64,000 nucleotides of DNA, taken from the NCBI GenBank assembly GCA_964016885.1, contig OZ024752.1:28768001-28832000 (forward strand), read 5' to 3'. Every line of letters begins with the position of its first letter. The first letter of the stretch is position 1. The notes beneath the pieces were generated by a model. That model saw only the letters and a program-made list of their open reading frames with translations. It did not search any database and was not told the DNA's origin. Of the stretch, positions 54,479-64,000 are shown piece after piece. Source of the stretch: Eledone cirrhosa. Taxonomy: Eukaryota. The position numbers and the translations under genes were made by a program.

Positions 54479-54807
54479 ATCTTATAGTTGATTATGCTGT
54501 AGGTCAGATATACATGACGTCAGTCATATTTCAAAAGTTTCCAAAGAAGTTATATGGATGTAATATTAAACTGTGCGTGTTATGTTGGAAAATATAGAGT
54601 ATTAATTTATAGAGAAACATTAATAAACAGACAATACTAAGAAGATAAAAACAGTTGTCTGGAAACATATGTGATTGTATTTCTGGTTGTTTTTTATTTT
54701 TTTATCTAAGTCTTCATTTGCCTGATTTTTACTATCTATCTTTCTGTCAGTCTCTCTCTGTTCTCTCTCTCTCGCTTTGTCTCTGTTTCTCTCTCTCTCT
54801 ATCTCTA

Positions 54808-54907
<100 letters not shown>

Positions 54908-54974
54908 GCACACTGTGTCAAAGTTCACGTATGTGTATGTGAATTGTGAATGTATGTTGGTATATATGTCTCTG

Positions 54975-55026
<52 letters not shown>

Positions 55027-55546
55027 CCCTCTCTCGCTTTCTCTCTCCCTCTCTATGTATATTGCACACTGTGTGTAAGTAAGTGCACGTTTGTGCATTT
55101 GAATTGTGAATGTATGTTGGTAAATATGTGTATATAGGTGAATATATGAGAGCATGTGTATATATGGTTCTTTGTGTATAAGTTTCGTTTGGTGTGCACG
55201 AGAATTAACAGAGCTATATACACAAACCCGAATGCGTATGTATGTAGATATACATGTGTATGTAGGTGAATATATGAGAGAATGTATATATATGTGTGTG
55301 TGTATGTGCGTCTATATATGTGTGTGTGTTTATTTGTGTGTTTGTGTGTATATATATATATGTGTGTGTGTGTGTGTTTATATGTGTGTGTATGTGTGCA
55401 TATATATGTGTGTGTGTGTATATATATGTGTGTATGTGTGCATATATGTGTGTGTATGTGTGCATATATATATATGTGTGTGTGTATATATATATGTGTG
55501 TGTATGTGTGCATATATATGTGTGTGTGTGTATATATATATATATA

Positions 55547-55593
<47 letters not shown>

Positions 55594-55720
55594 GAGTGTG
55601 TGTGTATATATACTCTATATAACTTGGGCGTGCTACATATTGAGTTCTAATATACCTTCAGGTTGACCTGAACTTTGCGTGCAATATCTTTGTCAGAGGA
55701 TAACTATGTGGTATTTTTTG

Positions 55721-55787
<67 letters not shown>

Positions 55788-55800
55788 ATATATATATATG

Positions 55801-56312
<512 letters not shown>

Positions 56313-56590
56313 TGTGTGTGTGTATATATGTGTGTGTGTGTATATATGTGTGTGTGTGTGTGTGTATATATGTGTGTGTGTGTATATATATATGTGCGTG
56401 TGTGTATATATATATATATGTGCGTGTGTGTATATATATATATATGTGTATTTATGTATGTATATGTATATATATATAGAGAGAGAGAGATGTATATATA
56501 CGTATGTATATTATATATATGTATGTGTGTGTATTTATTGATTTATGTATATGTATATATATTTATACATTTATACATTTATTTACATGT

Positions 56591-56651
<61 letters not shown>

Positions 56652-57293
56652 AGATGGTGGTGGTCGTCGTAAATTTGTACTACTGGAAGCTTTATTACGT
56701 ACAAAATAAATTGCTTTATACAGACTGTTGAACATGCCTGCATCATATTATGGCTATATGAGTTATTTAGTAATCAAGTATACATCAACCGAAGACGTTG
56801 GAATGTTTATATATATTATAGTTCCACTTCCGTTGTAAGTAGCTATCAAAATGTTGACGAGACCTTTATAGATTATATAACTATAAAAGAGATAAATTTA
56901 CAAGTGTAGCAATTCATATATATATATGTGTGTGTGTGTGTGTGTTTGTGGGGAGCGGTGCATTATTTCCTACAGCAGCAATGTTAGAAATATATAGATC
57001 AGTAGATAATATTTAATTTGACGGCTTTGTTGAAGAGTACCAGACGTTTAATAAATATTTGTGAAAGTGAGACATCTAAAATATTCGGCAAGAAGTATTC
57101 GGTGTTGTAGCTTTTCCGCCATACATGGCTTGCAGGCTTCCGTACCTTTGAAATACAGTTAACATTATTCACAGATCTTCCAATTTTATCTTATATTCAA
57201 ATTATGTTGTCACATTTTCAGTTTCTATTTTTTCAAATATTTCTTTGGATTTACGTTTGAAATATTTGAAATTGCGATTATGCAAAAACAAAC

Positions 57294-57650
57294 AGGGTTT
57301 AGGTTTATGCTAAAGTTTGAAGTTAGAGGTTAAGGTGTTATGTATTAGGGTTAGGGGCTAGGATTAAGGACTGGGATAAAGTTGAGGTTATATAAGAGAT
57401 TCATACTAGGGTTTGGATCGTTGAAACTGTTAGCATTTAGAGTATATTTGAGAGTTTAGGGTTAGAATGTATAGTTAGTTGTACTATCAAAGTTTATGTT
57501 TATGGATAAGAGCAAGGTTAGGGTTCTTTTGGGATAGGTTTAATGTTTAAGGTTAAAATTAAGAGTTATGGTAAGGGTTGAGAGTTAGTATTAAGGGGCA
57601 AGGTTTATCGTTTAAAGATAGTTTTTACGGGCTTAGGTATGATTAGATTT
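57294..57650 (+). repeat. Degenerate (TTAGGG)-like array
   Basis: Repeated gggttaggg / ggttaagg / gtttagg words. Confidence 0.55.
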
Positions 57651-59611
57651 GTGAAATTTTGATTTCGAAAATTTCTAATAACCAATATTTAAAACAGAAA
57701 TCCGAAGAATGTTTCAGAAAAGGAAATAGAAAAATTATAGCATTGTTAATTGCACAACATTGCCTTTTTTCTTCTGTTAATTATTTTTTTAAGAACAATT
57801 GTTTTGGTGGGGAAGGGGCTTTCTAGAACATTCCATTATATTTTGAAATTTTCTTGCTTCATTTCATCTGTCAACAATACGAAAGACGGTGAAATATCGT
57901 GTCTGGAAAATGGATATCTTTAATTTTCTTCTTCCATTTCATATTTTCTTTGATACATATCCAAAGTGTATTGGATCGATGGTGTCGTACTTATTTTAAG
58001 TAGCAGTAAACCCAGGCAAGGCCGGGTATTGCAACTAATTTACTAAATGAGAGACCTTATCTATTTGAACAAGTCTATTTGAATATGTGTGTATGTGTTT
58101 CTGTTTTTACATACACATACACATACATACACACGCACACACACACACGCACACGCACACACACACACGCACACGCACATATATATGTGTGCGTGTGTTT
58201 GTATATGTGTGTGTGTGTGTGCGTGTGTGTGTGTGCGCATTTATATATGTATGTATTTCGATATTATCATATTGTCATGCATCTGTATGGATGTCTTTTC
58301 TTCTACAGAAGAATATATTTAGAGTATATTTCGACTGGCTACCTTGCAGAACCATTCAGTTTAAGAAGATTAAAATTTAAGATATTTAATATTTAAGATA
58401 TTATGAACATCTGTAGCGAATGGATTATAGAGTCTCAGCCATTAATCCACTAATCCAATAATTCAATAATCGGCCATTCTTTCTTCTCATAAGTTTGATA
58501 TGCAATTTGTTGCTCCAATAATAACTGGTATAAAACTGAAAAGAGATATGTACCTATTTTTCAGATATAAAATAGTGAGGTCTGTTTATATTCATATCAG
58601 CTTATATTCAAATACAAGTCAATAAGAAATCGGTACTAACGTCAACTAAATACCATAAGTGACTCATTAACTTATTAATGAACACAACCACGAGGATATG
58701 GTCCGAACGTGGAAGAGCCGAACTCCCACTGTCATCGCCTCCATCTCTCTTGCCATCCCTATCTCTCTGTATAGTGAGCAAATGGGGTCCCACATGCTTG
58801 CCTCCCCACAGCCCCGGCGGTCAGAATGGAGAAGGTGTTTCCCCGGAGGATGGTAAGGGAGGTACGCTGAAAATATATTTCGAGAGTTGCAGTTTATAAA
58901 CTAATGGATCATAAAGGTCTTCTCTTCCAGTATTGTTCTTAATGTTTCTTTTTTAGGGGGTGTTTTGTTTTCTTCAAATATACAGTACCAGGGCCACGGA
59001 ACTTTGTTGAGGAACACCCGACTATATCTAGCTGGTAGCATCTAGCTTCCTCCACTAGTTTCTGCTCCTTTCCTGTAAGAATTATGATGTTTCAGGTTCC
59101 AATTTTCAAGGTTTTTCCCTTCTAAGCCCTCTTTGGGGTCTCGGGATACACAATCTTTGTGCGTCAATCCCACGACTCCCAGAACAGGTCGCAAGCCCAT
59201 CGCCAGTCTTAACGGCAAAAATCATGTTGATCTTGTTTAGATATTGTGTTTTTATTCTCATGTTCTAGAAATATTCTTTATCCATTGATCTCAACGCATT
59301 CCTCTTTATTGGTTGTTAAATTTTTCTTCCTTCTTTTTCGAGACTGATATGGCTACAATATCGACTTTATCTATAGATCATTCTTTTACATTTCACAATG
59401 ATGTTGCTAATGCATTCAGCTGTCGTTGTACAGAGTCGAAATTTGGTGACACCTGATGCTGTTTGTATCGCATAGCCTAGAGATAACCTTCAAGGTGAGC
59501 TGAAAAAAATTATCGCATAATGGTATTAAATTTCATCATTGCTCCAAATCTACAAAGAAAGGGCAGTAGCATCACAATGGCAAAGTATTCACCCGCCTCT
59601 TTTCGATGGTA

Positions 59612-59663
<52 letters not shown>

Positions 59664-59729
59664 TAGAAAGTGAGGTTTTTTTACAAAATAGAAAAAAGAA
59701 ACCGAGGTGTCCTACACGAGTGAAAGTAT

Positions 59730-60010
59730 GAGGAAAAAAGATCAAATCGAAAATGCAACTGGGATCTTTTTTTATAAAAGTATATATTTATTTGGTTCCT
59801 TTACTGATTTCGCAGTTCTTCTGCTTTTCAAAAGTAGAATTGAGATGGAGGGTCTGTGGTTTTTATCACATCTGAGAAAAACTACAGACCCTCCATCTCA
59901 ATTCTACTTTTGAAAAACAGAAGAACTGCGAAACCAGTAAAGGAACCAAATAAATATATACTTTTATAAAAAAAGACTCCAGTTGCATTTTCGATTTCAT
60001 CTTTTTTCCT
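59730..60010. repeat. Inverted-repeat cassette with two U3:A8 hammerhead copies
   Basis: Arms of about 135 nt centred near 59870; same family as 51448-51577. Confidence 0.85.
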
Positions 60011-60064
60011 TATATATATATATATATTTATATACATATATATATATATATTTATATATATATA

Positions 60065-60166
<102 letters not shown>

Positions 60167-60205
60167 GTATGTATATATTTATATATATATATATTTATAT
60201 ATATA

Positions 60206-60378
<173 letters not shown>

Positions 60379-60389
60379 ATAAATATATA

Positions 60390-60515
<126 letters not shown>

Positions 60516-60589
60516 TATATATATATATATTTATATATATATATTTATATATATATATATTTATATATATATATTTATATATATATATT

Positions 60590-60621
<32 letters not shown>

Positions 60622-60635
60622 TATATATATATATT

Positions 60636-60667
<32 letters not shown>

Positions 60668-60832
60668 TATATATATATATTGGAATAGAATGAAACGAAA
60701 TTTCATTTCTCACTCTTAGTACGGCATTTACATACATACATACTTACATATATATATATTTATATATATATATATTTATATATATATTTATTTATATATA
60801 TATTTATTTATATATATATTTATATATATATT

Positions 60833-61195
60833 ATAGACAGACTGAATAAAAAAAATGGCGTAGACATACAACAAAACAGGAGGAAAATATAACACCACTG
60901 ACGATGTTGCAGATGTGCAACGAAAGATTTATGATAAACTATATATATGTGTTTGTGTCTATATTGTATCTGTATTATTTTTGACCGTCGGTCAGTCAAT
61001 GGCAACATTGAGGACCGGGTAAGTTAGATTACCGATATAAAAGACAGCGAGAAGCGAAAACCAACCAAACAGTGAGTGTGTTCTGTTATTAATTCTGGCA
61101 ATATTACACAAATATGACCCTCCCCAAGTATAACAATATTTGTTTCGACACACGATTTCATATAAAAAACCTCGCAAAACTAATTCATCGCCGCT
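60833..61195 (+). mobile_element. Solo 3' end/pLTR of the Neptune-like PLE
   Basis: Nearly identical to 33142-33500. Confidence 0.88.
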
Positions 61196-61413
61196 ATATA
61201 TATATTTATATATATATATTTATATATATATATTTATATATATATTTATATATATATATTTATATATATATATATATATTTATATATGTAGGAGGTGAGT
61301 TTTATTGTAGTACAATAAAGCAATGCAGATATCGGATAAGAAGCACTCTACAGTTTGTAGGACTGGAGTATACATAATATATAAGAACAAAAGATGGTTA
61401 GAAGAGTTCCATG

Positions 61414-61610
61414 TATTTTATTATGCGCATTTCAAAAACAAATGTCATCATGCAATAATATTTGTGTTTTCATCAGATAAAACAGGAAGACATGATATGA
61501 AGGTTAAAAAACACTTGTGGATAGTGCAGTTTTAAATCCTGTTTTATCTGATGAAAACACAAATATTATTGCATGATGATATTTGTTTTTGAAATGCGCA
61601 TAATAAAATA
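61414..61610. ncRNA. Inverted pair of type I hammerheads (61414-61484 -, 61540-61610 +)
   Basis: ttttat-CTGATGA-aaacacaaatat..atatttgttttt-GAAA-tgcgca-TA-ataaaa; same family as 42642. Confidence 0.85.
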
Positions 61611-61845
61611 CATGGAACTCTTTTAACCATCTTTTGTTCTTATATATTATATTTTTATATATATATATATTTATATATATATATATTTATATATATATAT
61701 ATATTTATATATATATTTATATATATATTTATATATATATTTATATATATATATATTTTTATATATATATATATATTTATATATATATTTATATATATAT
61801 ATATTTATATATATATATTTATATATATATTTAATATTGTATATT

Positions 61846-61882
<37 letters not shown>

Positions 61883-61883
61883 A

Positions 61884-61916
<33 letters not shown>

Positions 61917-62058
61917 TATATATATATATATTTATATATATATTTATATATATATTTATATATATTTATATTTATATATATATTTATATATATATATATT
62001 TATATATATATTGATATATATATATTTATATATATATATATAGATTTATATATATATT

Positions 62059-62089
<31 letters not shown>

Positions 62090-62258
62090 TTATATATATA
62101 TATATTTATATATATATATATATTTATATATATATTTATATATATATAAATTTATATATATATTTATATATATATATATTTTTATATATATATATATATT
62201 TATATATATATTTATATATATATATATTTATATGTATATATATATTTATATATATATT

Positions 62259-62289
<31 letters not shown>

Positions 62290-62291
62290 TA

Positions 62292-62322
<31 letters not shown>

Positions 62323-62392
62323 TATATATATATATATTTATATATATATTTATATATTTATTTATATATATATATATATTTATATATATATT

Positions 62393-62423
<31 letters not shown>

Positions 62424-62472
62424 ATATATATATATTTATATAAATATATATATATATATTTATATATATATT

Positions 62473-62503
<31 letters not shown>

Positions 62504-62643
62504 TTATATATATATATATTTATATATATATATATATTTATATATAGATTTTGAGTTTATGTTGGTTGTATACCAACACCTCAGTATGCAGGCTGGAGCA
62601 CTCGACGAAGTGCGCAGGTTGGTTTGGTTACTCCGGAGTAGTG

Positions 62644-63085
62644 TAAAATAAAGTTAAATAAAAGTCAAATGATTAAAATTTAGCTTCGTTTATTACTGCT
62701 ATATATATTTCAGTGACAGCCATCTTTGGCTGTGACCTCTTCAGGCAGTTTGAATTAGTATGGTATAGACAAGTACATATGTTGTTTAGGTGTATGATAT
62801 TGTCAATACTCTGATATGCTCAGTTCCTTGCTGGGTTGTTAATTCACTGGGGAACTGGAGTCATATGACTCCAGTTCCCCAGTGAATTAACAACCCAGCA
62901 AGGAACTGAGCATATCAGAGTATTGACAATATCATACACCTAAACAACATATGTACTTGTCTATACCATACTAATTCAAACTGCCTGAAGAGGTCACAGC
63001 CAAAGATGGCTGTCACTGAAATATATATAGCAGTAATAAACGAAGCTAAATTTTAATCATTTGACTTTTACTTAACTTTATTTTA
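62644..63085. repeat. 442-bp near-perfect palindrome with a hammerhead in each arm (62695-62749 -, 62980-63034 +)
   Basis: Centre gagtcatatgactc with no spacer; actgc-CTGAAGA-ggtcacagcca(aaga)tggctgtcact-GAAA-tatata-TA-gcagt. Confidence 0.9.
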
Positions 63086-63345
63086 TATTTATATATATAT
63101 ATATATATTTATGTATATATATATATTTATATATATATTTATTTATATATATATATATATGTATATATATATTTATATATATATATATATTTATATATAT
63201 ATTTATATATATATTTATATATATATATATTTATATATATATTTATATTTATATATATATATATTTATATATATTTATATATATATTTATTTATATATAT
63301 ATATATATGTATATATATATTTATATATATATATATTTATATATA

Positions 63346-63412
<67 letters not shown>

Positions 63413-63445
63413 TTATATTTATATATATATATATATTTATATATA

Positions 63446-63491
<46 letters not shown>

Positions 63492-63613
63492 TAAATATAT
63501 ATATAAATATATATATATATATAAATATAAATATATATATAAATATATATATATATATATTTATATATATATTTATATTTATATATATATATATATTTAT
63601 ATATATATTTATT

Positions 63614-63648
<35 letters not shown>

Positions 63649-63773
63649 ATTTATATACGATATTAACAAATGGAAACTATAGTTATAAAACCATATCTAT
63701 TTTATTATACATATTGGTGTATCCCAACAATTTAAATAGAACTTTTGCATATATATTTATATATATATTTATT

Positions 63774-63926
<153 letters not shown>

Positions 63927-64000
63927 TTATATATATATTTATATATATATATATTTATACGATATTAAATAAATGGAAACTATATTTATAAAACCATATT

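Noticed and set aside
57294-57650. True telomere or fusion site
   Set aside because: Highly degenerate, single orientation, and short.
58009-58040. Helitron 3' hairpin (acccaggcaaggccgggt...ctaat)
   Set aside because: No CTAG end or matching 5' end found; too weak to call.
58678-58899. ERGRAEL resembling the GST RGRAE motif, as the missing exon 1
   Set aside because: Wrong strand, no flanking similarity, and it resembles the SINE tail sequence.

Overview
Repeat-rich eukaryotic DNA, almost certainly an octopod cephalopod (inferred from the S-crystallin genes and Octopus-type tRNA-SINEs). The only host genes I can support are two tandem minus-strand S-crystallin (sigma-GST-derived lens crystallin) genes, which the ORF track largely misses because they are spliced. 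Gene 1 is complete: 6 exons, 24265->14374, 215 aa. Gene 2 has exons 2-6 (54020->47222); I did not find its exon 1 in the window. The rest is (TA)n/(CA)n/(GA)n microsatellite plus transposons: three coding Penelope-like elements (PLEs), RTE, Vingi-like, Dong/R4-like and Tx1-like LINE pieces, many SINEs, a Helitron and MITEs. The most notable unannotated signal is about 12 sequence families of type I hammerhead ribozymes (about 20 full or degenerate copies). They sit in PLE 3' ends and in short inverted-repeat cassettes inserted in (TA)n, and three families use the compensated U3:A8 core. Also notable are an inverted 50-nt copy of exon 6 inside intron 5 of gene 1 (candidate ADAR editing-complementary sequence), a mosaic of locally templated inverted fragments in intron 1, and an AP-1 site separated from the TATA box by a 600-bp microsatellite. 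All coordinates were read by eye.
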